A stretch of DNA of 64,000 bases from Chloroflexota bacterium (GCA_022561385.1 JADFRG010000012.1:1071-65070), one strand, 5' to 3'; positions 37,914-48,007 are shown, counted from the stretch's first letter. Notes: generated from the sequence alone by a model not told the origin. Numbers and translations are program-made.

Positions 37914-38957
37914 CTACTTGAAGCCTTCGAGCACTTCCTGCAAGCTCTCCTGGGAGGGGCGAAGCTCGTCCGGGGTCAGCTCGGACAGCGGCCGCTTTAT
38001 CATCTGCTCGGAGTCTTGCAGGCTGGCCTGATCCGAATTGAAGTAGATCAACCCCGTGGCAAGCACCTGGTTCGCACGGGCCTCGTCCAGAAGTTGGATG
38101 GCGGCCGACCGATCGGTCGGATCGTATTCTTCATCGAGCTTTTTGAGCATGAGCGCCGAGCCATCGTGAAGTCTCACGATGGTCGTTTCCCCGGGCTCGT
38201 AGTCGACCTGGATTTCCTCATATCGGGGAACATAGGTTACGTCGTGCAGCGGATCCTGGTGCTCGCGGCCCCAACTGTAGCTTTTGGTCGATTCGTCGCG
38301 ATCATTAAATGTCACGCAGGGACTGATGATGTCCAACACCGCGGTTCCGTCGAAGCTAAACGCGGCCTTGATCAGCTCGGTCACCTGCTTCGGGTCCCCC
38401 GCGAAGGAGCGAGCTACGAAGCCGCAGTTGGCGGTCAGCGCTTCCATACAAAGGTCGACCGGCATAAACGGATTCGTCCCGGCATATTTCAGCGTCTGCT
38501 CATGGTCGGCGGTTGCTGAGAATTGACCTTTGGTCAGGCCGTATACGCCATTGTTCTCAATCACATACACCATGGGCAGGTTGCGGCGCACCAGGTGAAC
38601 AAATTGACCCATACCGATACTGGCCGTATCTCCATCTCCGCTGACCCCAATGCCTTTCAACGATCGGTTGGCAACCAGCGCTCCGGTGGCCACGGAAGGC
38701 ATTCGACCATGAAGACTGTTAAACCCGTGCGATTTCCCGAGGAAGTAAGCCGGGCTCTTGCTCGAGCACCCGATCCCGGATAACTTGATGATCTCGTGAG
38801 GGCGTATGGAAAGCTCATAGGCTGCGTTTACGATCTGGCTTGAAATGGAATTGTGTCCACAGCCCGCACACAGCGTCGAGGGCCCGCCTTTGTAATCCGC
38901 CTTGGCCAGTCCGACGTCATTGACCTTCGCCTTGCGAGTCTCAACTGTGGTTGCCAT
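37914..38957 (-). CDS. korB: 2-oxoacid:ferredoxin oxidoreductase, beta (TPP-binding) subunit
   Basis: LCAGCGHNSI and GVSGDGDTASIGMGQF motifs. Directly follows korA. Confidence 0.9.
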   Translation of the reverse strand: MATTVETRKAKVNDVGLAKADYKGGPSTLCAGCGHNSISSQIVNAAYELSIRPHEIIKLSGIGCSSKSPAYFLGKSHGFNSLHGRMPSVATGALVANRSLKGIGVSGDGDTASIGMGQFVHLVRRNLPMVYVIENNGVYGLTKGQFSATADHEQTLKYAGTNPFMPVDLCMEALTANCGFVARSFAGDPKQVTELIKAAFSFDGTAVLDIISPCVTFNDRDESTKSYSWGREHQDPLHDVTYVPRYEEIQVDYEPGETTIVRLHDGSALMLKKLDEEYDPTDRSAAIQLLDEARANQVLATGLIYFNSDQASLQDSEQMIKRPLSELTPDELRPSQESLQEVLEGFK

Positions 38958-38958
38958 T

Positions 38959-40758
38959 TCAGCCTCCTACCAGATCCACCAGCGATTCCGCGATCCAGCG
39001 CGCGGTCAATGGTAAACCGTTGTTCTGAGTCAACGAGCGCAGCCTGGTGGCTCGCTCAGGTACCTCGAGCTGCAGCAATTTATGCATCTGGCCATCGGTG
39101 TTCATCTCCAGCACACAGAGCACTTCATGATCCTCGATGAATTGCTTGACATCTGAATTGAAGGGCACCGCGCGCAGCCGCAAGGTATCCAACTCCAGTT
39201 GTTCGGTCAGGCGATCGCAGGCTTCCCGCACTGCGGATTCTGTCGAGCCGTAATAGATGAGTCCAACTCTGGCCTCCCCTGAGCCGGAAAGGACCGGAGC
39301 AGGAATCAGATCGCGGGCCGAATCCGCTTTGCGCATCAGCCGCTCCATGTTGCGCTCCCAGTCATCCGGTCGCTCGCTGTACTCGGCGTGTTCGTTGTGG
39401 CCGGTGCCGCGGACAAACCACGGCGCCAGCGGATGCTCATTCCCGGGCAGGGTCCGATACGCGATCCCGTCGCCGTCTACGTCCCGATAACGAGCGAATT
39501 CACCGATCTCCTCGAGCTGCTCTGCGGTAAGCACCTTGCCCCGATCCATTGGCTCATCCGGGTAATCAAAGGGATCCGACATCCACAGGTTCATTCCGAG
39601 GTCGAGATCGCTCAGCACAAACACCGGACTCTGCAACCGTTCCGCTACATCAAAGGCACGCCATCCGAACTCGAAACACTCCGCGACACTGCCCGGCAGC
39701 AAGATCACGTTTTTGGTATCGCCGTGCCCCAAATAGCGAACAAACATCACATCCCCCTGGGAGGTGCGAGTGGGCAGGCCGGTGCTGGGCCCCATTCGCT
39801 GCACGTCCCAGATCACGATCGGAATCTCGGCGAAGAACGCCAGTCCTACGAACTCTGCCATCAGTGAGATGCCGGGACCTGAGGTGGAGGTCATAGACCG
39901 CGCCCCGGCCCAGCCCGCACCAATCGCCATGCCAATTGCGGACAATTCATCCTCAGCCTGGATCACGGCATAGGTATTCTTTCCGTTCTCCTTGCGCAGC
40001 TGAGGCAGGTACTGCCTGACTGCGTCGGCAAAGCTGGAGGCGGGCGTGATCGGATACCAGGAGGCAAATGAGACGCCCCCATAGATTGCGCCGAGTGCAC
40101 CCGCCGTATTCCCCTCAATAAGGATCTTGCCCTTTGTCTTGTTGTCGGCCTCCACCCGGTAGGGATCCTGTTTCTCCAAATTCTGCTTTGCCCATTCGGC
40201 CGCCAGCCTGATCATGCCCATGTTCAGCTCGACCGGTTTTTCGCGGTCGTGGAAATGGGTCATCAGCGCTCCGCGCACGGCTTCGAGATCAATGCCGAGC
40301 ATTTCGGAGACGATGCCCACGTAGGCCATGTTGGCCACATACTCCTTGAGGTCCTTGGGGGGACTTACCTCTTTGACCAGGTCCTTGATCGGCATCGGGT
40401 AATAAACGATGCCCGCGCGCGCTTGAGGTTTGGGCAGATGGTCGGCGTAGAAGCATGCGCCGCCTTCTGATATGCCGGCATGATCCTCCGTGAAGGTGGT
40501 GACGTTCATTGCAACCAATATCTCAACGCTTTCGCGGCGCGCGGTGTGCCCGTCGCCACTCGCCCGAATGGTGTACCAGGTTGGCAGGCCCTGAATATTG
40601 GACGGAAAGAGATTCTTACCGCTTACAGGGATCCCCATCCGAAAGAGTGCGCGGACGAGGGCCAGGTTCGAAGTTTGGCTACCGGAGCCGTTAACGGTAG
40701 CCACCACCATGGAGAAGTCATTAACCAGTGCTTTTGCCCTAGTGGAGTTCTCCGTCAC
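38959..40758 (-). CDS. korA: 2-oxoacid:ferredoxin oxidoreductase, alpha subunit
   Basis: 599 aa. N-terminal pyruvate-flavodoxin-oxidoreductase core strings. Adjacent to korB. Confidence 0.9.
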   Translation of the reverse strand: MTENSTRAKALVNDFSMVVATVNGSGSQTSNLALVRALFRMGIPVSGKNLFPSNIQGLPTWYTIRASGDGHTARRESVEILVAMNVTTFTEDHAGISEGGACFYADHLPKPQARAGIVYYPMPIKDLVKEVSPPKDLKEYVANMAYVGIVSEMLGIDLEAVRGALMTHFHDREKPVELNMGMIRLAAEWAKQNLEKQDPYRVEADNKTKGKILIEGNTAGALGAIYGGVSFASWYPITPASSFADAVRQYLPQLRKENGKNTYAVIQAEDELSAIGMAIGAGWAGARSMTSTSGPGISLMAEFVGLAFFAEIPIVIWDVQRMGPSTGLPTRTSQGDVMFVRYLGHGDTKNVILLPGSVAECFEFGWRAFDVAERLQSPVFVLSDLDLGMNLWMSDPFDYPDEPMDRGKVLTAEQLEEIGEFARYRDVDGDGIAYRTLPGNEHPLAPWFVRGTGHNEHAEYSERPDDWERNMERLMRKADSARDLIPAPVLSGSGEARVGLIYYGSTESAVREACDRLTEQLELDTLRLRAVPFNSDVKQFIEDHEVLCVLEMNTDGQMHKLLQLEVPERATRLRSLTQNNGLPLTARWIAESLVDLVGG

Positions 40759-40767
40759 TCGCCGCCT

Positions 40768-41505
40768 CTATTCTCCCGGGTTGGGACCGACCCGGGCCTC
40801 GGGTCGGGTCCTTAACAGCGCAGTATGCTCAACAAGCGCCTTATGGCCTTTGTCAAACTCGGCGTTGTGGATGGCGTCCACCATCCGTCCGTGATAAGTC
40901 CAGACTTCGTGCAGGTAGGTGTAATCCTCATAACGATCCAGACCCACCGCCTCGTAGGCATCCCAATAGGCCTCGAGCAGGCCAAGAACAAAGGCGTTGT
41001 TGAGCCGAGAGAAGATCGCCAGGTGGAGCTCCCGGTGCTCACTATGGGGAATTTTTATGGGGTCGCCCTCCAGTTTGGACCACGCGCTGTCCATCAATTC
41101 CTGCAAGTACACCTTATCGTCTGCGCGCAATAATTCCACCGCCTCGCGCCAAAAAGAGGCCTCAATTTGGTTTCGCAACTGACTGTATTGAGTGAAATAT
41201 GTGCGATCCAGAGCCAGGGCGAATCGCAGGCCGGTCTGGACGGTCGGAAAGAAGGAGAATCCGCGCACACGGATCCCGGTTTTCGGTCGGACGTCGACCA
41301 GGCCCAATTCGCGCGCCACCTCGAGCTGCTCGCGGAGCTTTCCCGAGCTGATCCCGAGCATGACCGCCAAATCATTGATAGGCGGCAGCCGAGTGCCTGG
41401 CTCGGCATTCAATTCAATCAGATGATTCATGAACTCCGAACGAAGGGCACCGGATTTTTCACGATATAGGTTATTCATCCGATTGATTATATCAATAAGA
41501 GTCAT
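40768..41505 (-). CDS. GntR/FadR family transcriptional regulator
   Basis: wHTH LPPINDLAVMLGISSGKLREQLEVARELGLVDVRPKTGIRV plus an FCD-like C-domain. Lies 9 nt upstream of korA. Confidence 0.85.
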   Translation of the reverse strand: MTLIDIINRMNNLYREKSGALRSEFMNHLIELNAEPGTRLPPINDLAVMLGISSGKLREQLEVARELGLVDVRPKTGIRVRGFSFFPTVQTGLRFALALDRTYFTQYSQLRNQIEASFWREAVELLRADDKVYLQELMDSAWSKLEGDPIKIPHSEHRELHLAIFSRLNNAFVLGLLEAYWDAYEAVGLDRYEDYTYLHEVWTYHGRMVDAIHNAEFDKGHKALVEHTALLRTRPEARVGPNPGE

Positions 41506-41557
41506 GCGGTGGAGTGGGCCGCCTCACCCTTTGAGAGGGTGGGAGAAATCGGTAGGG

Positions 41558-41563
41558 TAAAAT
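41558..41563 (+). promoter_or_regulatory. -10-like TAAAAT 6 nt upstream of ATG 41570
   Basis: TAAAATcctgcgATG with no SD. Confidence 0.35.
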
Positions 41564-41569
41564 CCTGCG

Positions 41570-42166
41570 ATGTTTCGCGGAGGATTAATACTTGCCGCGC
41601 TCGTTGCATACCTGGCGTTATGGGCCCCACGCCGCCTGGTCGAGCATCGATTCGCCGGCCGCATGTTCGACATCTCCGACGCGCCGCATGCTCCGGTGGG
41701 AATCGTGTTTGGCGCAGGACTCCTCCGGGACGGCAGGCCCACAACAATCCTCTACGATCGAGTGGCAGCCGCCGCACAACTTTACTCAGACGGGAAGGTC
41801 GATAGGCTGTTGATGAGTGGCCACGAAACCGCCGCGGGCTACAGCGAGCCACAGGCCATGCGCATCCTGGCCGAGTCTCTGGGGGTCCCGGCTGAGGCGA
41901 TCCAGACCGATGGATTGGGCACGCGTACATTCACGACTTGTGAGCGGGCTCTTTCCACATTCGGGATCGGTCGGGCACTTCTGATCACTCAGAATTATCA
42001 TCTCCCGCGTGCCCTGGTTATATGCGCAGGCCTGGGGATGGATGCCGTGGGTGTGTCTGCGGATTTGCGGCCGTATAATCCGCGGGCCATTCGATATTGG
42101 GAAACCAGAGAGATCCCGGCCACCCTGGTGGCTCTAGTAGAAATTACGATCGCCGGGCTCCGCTGA
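41570..42166 (+). CDS. SanA/YdcF (DUF218) family protein
   Basis: N-terminal TM helix. GIVFGAGL...DRV..AA.LY..GKVDRLLMSG pattern typical of SanA. Confidence 0.8.
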   Translation: MFRGGLILAALVAYLALWAPRRLVEHRFAGRMFDISDAPHAPVGIVFGAGLLRDGRPTTILYDRVAAAAQLYSDGKVDRLLMSGHETAAGYSEPQAMRILAESLGVPAEAIQTDGLGTRTFTTCERALSTFGIGRALLITQNYHLPRALVICAGLGMDAVGVSADLRPYNPRAIRYWETREIPATLVALVEITIAGLR

Positions 42167-42198
42167 GTCAGGCATACTCCTGAGGAGAATCGTCAGAG

Positions 42199-42777
42199 AT
42201 GGAACGTGAGCAGGCTATCGCGCTGCTGGACGAGTACGTATCCAACCAGAGTCTGGTGCGCCACATGCTGGCCGTAGAAGCCGCCATGGAAGATTACGCG
42301 CCGCGCTTCGGAGGGCAGGTCGCCGAGTGGGCCCTGGCCGGCTTGTTACACGACTTCGATTGGGAAATTCACCCCACCCTGGAGCAGCACCCCGAAGATG
42401 GAGCGCCCATGCTCAGGGAACGGGGCGTTCCCGAATCGATCGTGACCTGCATCTTGAGCCACGCTAATCATACCGGGGTGCCACGCGTGACCACGATGCA
42501 GCGAGCCCTTTATGCCTGTGACGAAATTACCGGACTGATCACCGCCGTAGCACTCGTGCGCCCTTCAAAATCCATCCTGGACGTCAGACCCAAATCCATT
42601 CGAAAGAAATGGAAAGACGCACGTTTCGCGGCCAACGTCAAACGGGAGGACATTTCGGAGGGAGCGGAGGCTCTGGGCGTGGAGTTATGGGAGCATATCG
42701 AAAACGTGCTCCAGTCGATGACGCGGATCGCCACCGAGTTGGGACTTGCAGGGGCTCCCGACCCTGAGGCTTCCTGA
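42199..42777 (+). CDS. HD-domain metal-dependent phosphohydrolase
   Basis: HD motif LLHDFDWE. 192 aa. GAGGAG SD. Confidence 0.8.
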   Translation: MEREQAIALLDEYVSNQSLVRHMLAVEAAMEDYAPRFGGQVAEWALAGLLHDFDWEIHPTLEQHPEDGAPMLRERGVPESIVTCILSHANHTGVPRVTTMQRALYACDEITGLITAVALVRPSKSILDVRPKSIRKKWKDARFAANVKREDISEGAEALGVELWEHIENVLQSMTRIATELGLAGAPDPEAS

Positions 42778-42842
42778 GTTCATTTCTCTCGAACCATGAA
42801 TATGAGAACCGGGCCGCGTTGGTATAATGCGCCGGCTCCATC

Positions 42843-43979
42843 GTGATGACTGAAGCCTCCGCCTCTTTATGCCCAACTTGCGGCACCCGCCGTAGTCCAG
42901 GCGCATCGCGCTGCGTCGTTTGTGGTACTGAATTCAGCCACGCGTCTCAGGGTTCGGCCTCCCGCTCGAGGCGCCAGGTGAGCCTGGACCTGAGGCTGGC
43001 GCTTCTCCTGGTGGCGGTGCTCGCGCTCGTATCGGCAGGAATTACGTTTGCGGCCAGCCGGACCATCTTCCCCGCCGCCGCCGACGAGACGCCTACCGGA
43101 ACGCCCACCCCAACCGCCACTCAATCCCTGATTCCTTCCCCCACACCGACGAGTTCCCGGGTGCCTTCGGTCACGCCGCGCCCCCCCATTCGCTACACGG
43201 TGGTTGAAGGAGATACCTGTGGTGGGATCGCGTTTTTCTTTGACGTAACGATCCGCTCGATGATTGAGATAAACAATTTAGGAACCGAGTGCCTGCTTTC
43301 GGTCGGGACCGAAATCCTCGTGCCCCAACCCACGGCCACCGTCACGCCGGAACCAACCAACACTCTGGCGCCTGCCGAAGCGACTGAGGCCGCCTGTCCC
43401 AAAGACAACTACACCGTTGTCGCCAACGATTCGCTTTTTGCCATCGCCCAGAATTACAACGTCTCGATGCAATCCATCAAGGATTTCAACGGGCTGATCG
43501 CTGACACCGTTTTTGAAGGGCAGCGCCTGGTCATTCCGCTCTGCGAGCGGCTGACCATAGGGGGGGCCACACCCACGCCGACCCGGCCGCCTCCCTACCC
43601 GGCGCCAAACTTGTTGCTGCCCCGCGATGGAGAACCGTTCACGCTCGCCAATGAAACGGTCAGCCTGCAATGGGCCGCCGTGGGAGCGCTTCTTGAAGGG
43701 GAGTTTTATCGGGTCACCGTGGCCGATGTCACGGAGCAGATGATCGGATCGGGAAGCAAGCTGCTGGTGGACTACGTATCCGATACCAAGTACATCATCC
43801 CAACCGAATTCCGATCCTCCGGCACGGTACCGCACGTCTTCCGCTGGTGGATCGAGCCGGTCCGGCTGTCCGGTACTTCTGCCTCAGGGGAACCGCGCTA
43901 CTCGTCCGCCGGGGCACGCAGCGTACGGCGCGTCTTTACCTGGTCGGGATCGGCCGAAGCACCCACTGCCTCTCCGTGA
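42843..43979 (+). CDS. membrane-anchored protein with an N-terminal zinc ribbon and two LysM domains
   Basis: CPTCG...CVVCG, one TM helix, PT-rich linkers. LysM repeats YTVVEGDTCGGIAFFF...ILVP and YTVVANDSLFAIAQNY...LVIP. Confidence 0.8.
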   Translation: MMTEASASLCPTCGTRRSPGASRCVVCGTEFSHASQGSASRSRRQVSLDLRLALLLVAVLALVSAGITFAASRTIFPAAADETPTGTPTPTATQSLIPSPTPTSSRVPSVTPRPPIRYTVVEGDTCGGIAFFFDVTIRSMIEINNLGTECLLSVGTEILVPQPTATVTPEPTNTLAPAEATEAACPKDNYTVVANDSLFAIAQNYNVSMQSIKDFNGLIADTVFEGQRLVIPLCERLTIGGATPTPTRPPPYPAPNLLLPRDGEPFTLANETVSLQWAAVGALLEGEFYRVTVADVTEQMIGSGSKLLVDYVSDTKYIIPTEFRSSGTVPHVFRWWIEPVRLSGTSASGEPRYSSAGARSVRRVFTWSGSAEAPTASP

Positions 43980-44094
43980 TCCGTTCTATAACAGCGAAGC
44001 CACTCCCGCGCAATTAAGCGTAATTCGGCGAAGGGGACTCGCGGGCGCGGCTACATCTCTGTTCTGTATCGTAGTTTCCAAGGTGCCCGAATGT

Positions 44095-45036
44095 CTAGGC
44101 CGCGATATTCAGCTTCTCTTTTAGCCCTTTGATGGTCTGATGGACGTGTTCTGCGGAGGCCTCCAGGGCCGCCTGTTCCTCGTCGTTTAGGTCGTACTCG
44201 ATGACCTTCTCGAGACCATCGGCCCCCAACTGGGCCGGGACGCCAAAAAAGATCCCGCTTTGCCCATATTCCCCATCCAGATAGACCGAGGCCGGAACCA
44301 CCAGGTGACGGTTTTTCAGGATGGCTTCCACCATCTGGGCCAATGCCGCCGACGGTGCGTAGAATGCGCTTCCGGTCTTCAGGAGGCCCACAATTTCGCC
44401 GCCGCCTTTTCGAGTTCGCTGCACGATCGCATCCAGCCGCTCGGGGCTCAGAATCACATTCAGGGGAACGCCGGCCACATTCGAGTGGCGCGTCAACGGC
44501 ACCATCGAATCCCCGTGCCCGCCCAACACATAACAATGGATATTTTGCACACTGATCCCGAGTTCCATGGACACGAAGGCTCGCATTCTGGCCGAATCGA
44601 GAATACCGGCTTGTCCGATGACCCGCTCGCGGGGCAGGCCACCGATCATCATGGCCGCCTGGGACATCACGTCCAGCGGGTTGGTTAGGATGATCAAGAT
44701 CGCATTGGGCGACTCTTCCAGCGATTGTTCCACGGCGGCACGAATGATGTTGGTATTGGTCTCGAGCAAATCATCGCGGCTCATGCCGGGTTTTCGAGGC
44801 AGTCCGGCGGTGATCACTACGATGTCTGAGCCGGCCGTGTCCTTGTAGTTATTGGTGCCGATCACTTTGACGTCTGAGCCGATGACCGGAAGCGCCTCGG
44901 TCAAGTCGAGCGCTTTGCCCTGCGGCATACCTTCCACGATGTCCAGCAGCACCAGGTCGGCCAATTCGCGCTCTGCCAGCCAGTGGGCGGTGGTCGCACC
45001 GGTTTGCCCTGCACCAATAATTGTGACTTTGGCCAT
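44095..45036 (-). CDS. mdh: malate dehydrogenase (LDH-like type)
   Basis: MAKVTIIGAGQTGATTAHWLA Rossmann fold. 313 aa. Confidence 0.92.
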   Translation of the reverse strand: MAKVTIIGAGQTGATTAHWLAERELADLVLLDIVEGMPQGKALDLTEALPVIGSDVKVIGTNNYKDTAGSDIVVITAGLPRKPGMSRDDLLETNTNIIRAAVEQSLEESPNAILIILTNPLDVMSQAAMMIGGLPRERVIGQAGILDSARMRAFVSMELGISVQNIHCYVLGGHGDSMVPLTRHSNVAGVPLNVILSPERLDAIVQRTRKGGGEIVGLLKTGSAFYAPSAALAQMVEAILKNRHLVVPASVYLDGEYGQSGIFFGVPAQLGADGLEKVIEYDLNDEEQAALEASAEHVHQTIKGLKEKLNIAA

Positions 45037-45056
45037 CTAGCCTCCAATTGCCTCCG

Positions 45057-46121
45057 TTATTTCCGCACGATTGTGATGCCCGAACCTTCGCGCACCATCC
45101 CAATACGCCAGAAAGGAATATCCTCGCTGCGGGCGCTTTCAACCATCCGCTCAATGAGTTTACCGGGCACGGCCAGGAGCAGGCCGCCTGAGGTCTGCGC
45201 ATCGAAGAGCAGCAATTGTTCCGCCTCCGTAAGGCCGGATTCAAATTCCACCCGATCCTCGAAAAACTTCTTATTGTCCAGTGATCCACCAGGGAAGGTT
45301 CCCAGGTTCGCGTATTCCAGGGCACCAGAAAAGAGCGGCACCTGCTCGAAACGGATCTCCAGGCCCACACCCGAGGCTTCCGCCATTTCGAGGGCATGTC
45401 CAATGAGACCGAATCCCGTGATGTCCGTCGCCGCGCGCACGCCGGCTCTGCGCGCGAGGCCGCTCGCGGAGCGGTTAAGCAATGTCATCCATTCCACGGC
45501 CTCTGTTTCATGATCCCGAGACCCTAGGTCCCGCATGATGGCGGTGGTTGTTACGCCCGTGCCCAGTGGCTTGGTGAGCACCAGAGTGTCTCCGGCTTGC
45601 GCTCCCTTCTTGGTGAGAAGCTCCTTCTCATCGGCTATTCCCAGGGCCACCAGTCCGTATTTGGGTTCCTTGTCTTGAACCGAGTGCCCGCCTGCGATCA
45701 CCGCGCCGGCCTCCTTCACCTTTTCGGCGCCACCCCTGAAAATGGTTTCGATAATGGCCGGATCCAGGTCCACCGGCATGGCCGCGATATTGAGGGTAAG
45801 GAAAGGGCGGGCTCCCATGGCATAAATGTCCGAAAGCGAATTGGCCGCGGCAATCGCGCCGTAGCTGTACGGGTCGTCCACAATCGGCGTGAAAAAGTCG
45901 GTGGTCACCACCAGCACTCGCGACTCGTCCAGCCGCCACACAGCCGCGTCGTCGGGAGTGCTCAAGTCGACCAGCATATCGGCGGGACGATCGTCCTTAA
46001 AAATTTTTTGAACTGGCTGCAGAACCTGCGCCAGGGTCTCCGCAGGAAGCTTAGAAGCTCAACCTGCGCAGGAGGACATGGCGGTCAGCCGGACTTCGCG
46101 CCCCGACTTGGGAACGGCCAT
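45057..46121 (-). CDS. selD: selenide, water dikinase with in-frame UGA (selenocysteine) at codon 21
   Basis: The track ORF 45057-45977 lacks the catalytic N-terminus. The same frame continues upstream through TGA 46061-46059 to ATG 46121 (GAGGAG 7 nt upstream). This gives MAVPKSGREVRLTAMSSCAG-U-ASKLPAETLAQVL, matching the SelD G-C/U-x-x-K loop. Confidence 0.85.
46025..46046 (-). promoter_or_regulatory. candidate bacterial SECIS hairpin in selD mRNA
   Basis: CCUGCG-GAGACCCUGG-CGCAGG starts 12 nt after the UGA. 6-bp stem with a G-rich 10-nt loop. Confidence 0.5.
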
Positions 46122-46240
46122 CGCTTGGCTCCTCGGACTAGGGGATTGTAATCTAGCGGCGCAAAGGTTACCTTCACAGTACCAGGCCCCCGACGTTGAG
46201 GGACAGATGTGGGCGGCGTCGAAGCCAGAATCATCGAATC

Positions 46241-46487
46241 GTCAAAGCGAGGAGCATAGCGACGAAGCGATCCCCAACACCCAGGAGGAGATTGCTTCGC
46301 TACGCTCGCAATGACACGCCCGTCAGGTCAATGCGAGGAGCGTAACGACGAAGCGATCCCCAACATCCAGGAGGAGATTGCTTCGCTGCGCTCGCAATGA
46401 CACGCCCGCCAGGTCACTGCGAGGAGCGCAGCGACGAAGCAGTCTCCATCACCCAGGAGGAGATTGCTTCGCTGCGCTCGCAATGAC
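46241..46487 (+). repeat. three tandem copies (D1 46241-46315, D2 46327-46401, D3 46413-46487) of the 75-bp bulged-hairpin repeat
   Basis: 86-bp period with 11-bp linkers ACGCCCGTCAG / ACGCCCGCCAG. Lies in the divergent selD-modA intergenic region. Confidence 0.95.
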
Positions 46488-46533
46488 ATTGGGTTGAGTG
46501 TGCCGGCAGAAATGGCTCGCGGCTTGTCCTCCG

Positions 46534-47328
46534 ATGGTGTTCGACAATTGTGTTAGATTCCCTCACGCTTTGAACCTGTACCGAGCGCTCCCTGCGGCCA
46601 CTCTGGTGTTTGCCGCAGCCTGTTCGACCGGGCCGCGTGACGAACCGCTGACGGTGGCCGCGGCCGCCAGCCTTGCCCCCATCCTGAACGAGCTGGGAGA
46701 AATCTACGAAGAACAGACCGGTGAGCCCGTCGTATTTTCGTATGGTTCAACCGGCAACCTGGCGCAGCAGATCCGCAATGGAGCTCCATTTGACGTTTTT
46801 GTTTCGGCGGATGCGCTGCGCGTGGACGAATTGATCGCCGAGGCGCTGCTGGACGAGGGCACACGGCTCGCCTTCGCTCGAGGCATCCTGGTACTCGTCG
46901 AGGCGCCCCAGCTCGGATTGTCGCTGCAATCCGTGGAGGACCTCGCCGATCCAATCGTGCGCGATGTAGCTATCGCAAATCCGCGGCATGCACCCTATGG
47001 GATGGCTGCCGCTCAGACACTGCTTCGGACGGGAGTGGAAGTTAAGGTATTGCCCAAGTTAGTGTATGGCGAAAGCGTACGCCAGGCAGGGCTCATGGTC
47101 CAGAGTGGAAACGTTGACGCGGGCCTGATCGCGCTGTCCATCGCCAAGAGCGTGGGTCTCGACGGCCTCGAACTGCCGCAGGAGTTGTATGACCCGATTC
47201 AACACGTGGCCGCGGTCCTGAGTGATGCGCCTCGACCGGAGCAGGCCGCACGGTTCTTAGAATTCCTTTCAAGCCCGCAGGCACAGGCACTGTACCGACG
47301 GTTGGGCCTGGAACCCCCAGGGGGATGA
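46534..47328 (+). CDS. modA: molybdate ABC transporter substrate-binding protein
   Basis: Lipobox-like LVFAAAC. ModA strings SYGSTGNLAQQI and FVSAD. Start ambiguous (46498 track, ATG 46534, TTG 46570). Confidence 0.85.
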   Translation: MVFDNCVRFPHALNLYRALPAATLVFAAACSTGPRDEPLTVAAAASLAPILNELGEIYEEQTGEPVVFSYGSTGNLAQQIRNGAPFDVFVSADALRVDELIAEALLDEGTRLAFARGILVLVEAPQLGLSLQSVEDLADPIVRDVAIANPRHAPYGMAAAQTLLRTGVEVKVLPKLVYGESVRQAGLMVQSGNVDAGLIALSIAKSVGLDGLELPQELYDPIQHVAAVLSDAPRPEQAARFLEFLSSPQAQALYRRLGLEPPGG

Positions 47329-47332
47329 ACCT

Positions 47333-48007
47333 TTGTTGACTCCACTGCTCTTGTCTTTGAGAGTGGCCGGCCTGGCCACGCTCTTCGCGATCGTGTTTGG
47401 CGTCGCGATTGCTGCGCTCCTCACGCGCCGCCACAGCGCGCCGGCCAATGTCGCGGATGCCGTGGTCAACCTCCCGCTCGTCCTGCCGCCCACCGTCCTG
47501 GGTTACTATCTTCTGGTGCTCCTGGGTGCGCGATCGCCGCTCGGTGCGTGGCTCGAGAGCGTCGGCATTGAGCTGGTATTTACATGGCAGGGTGCGGTGG
47601 TGGCGGCGAGCATCGTAGCTTTGCCGCTGGTGGTTGGATCGACCCGAGCCGCACTTGAGGCCGTCGATCCAGATCTTCGAGACGTGGCGCGCACCCTTGG
47701 CCAATCGAACACGGCCATCTTCCTGACCATAATGCTCCCTCTCGCCTGGCGAGGCCTGCTGGCCGGCGGGATGTTGGCCTTCGCGCGCGCGCTCGGAGAG
47801 TTTGGGGCCACGCTTATGATTGCCGGAAATATCCCCGGCCGCACACAGACTCTGCCTATCGCCATTTATGACTCGGTTCAGGCCGGAGACCTGGCTTCCG
47901 CCAATCGCCAGGCCTTACTGCTCACCCTGGTGGCGGTCGCACTACTCGTGAGCATGCGATATCTCGGCAGCGCTCTGGCAGGAAGGAAGATGCGTGACCG
48001 CGGCTGA
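47333..48007 (+). CDS. modB: molybdate ABC transporter permease
   Basis: 224 aa. EAA-loop-like VDPDLRDVARTLG. Confidence 0.88.
   Translation: MLTPLLLSLRVAGLATLFAIVFGVAIAALLTRRHSAPANVADAVVNLPLVLPPTVLGYYLLVLLGARSPLGAWLESVGIELVFTWQGAVVAASIVALPLVVGSTRAALEAVDPDLRDVARTLGQSNTAIFLTIMLPLAWRGLLAGGMLAFARALGEFGATLMIAGNIPGRTQTLPIAIYDSVQAGDLASANRQALLLTLVAVALLVSMRYLGSALAGRKMRDRG

Noticed and set aside
46241-46487. The regular repeat/linker pattern could be mistaken for a CRISPR array.
   Set aside because: The repeats are 75 bp. The 'spacers' are only 11 bp and nearly identical. Single copies occur elsewhere, and no cas genes are present.
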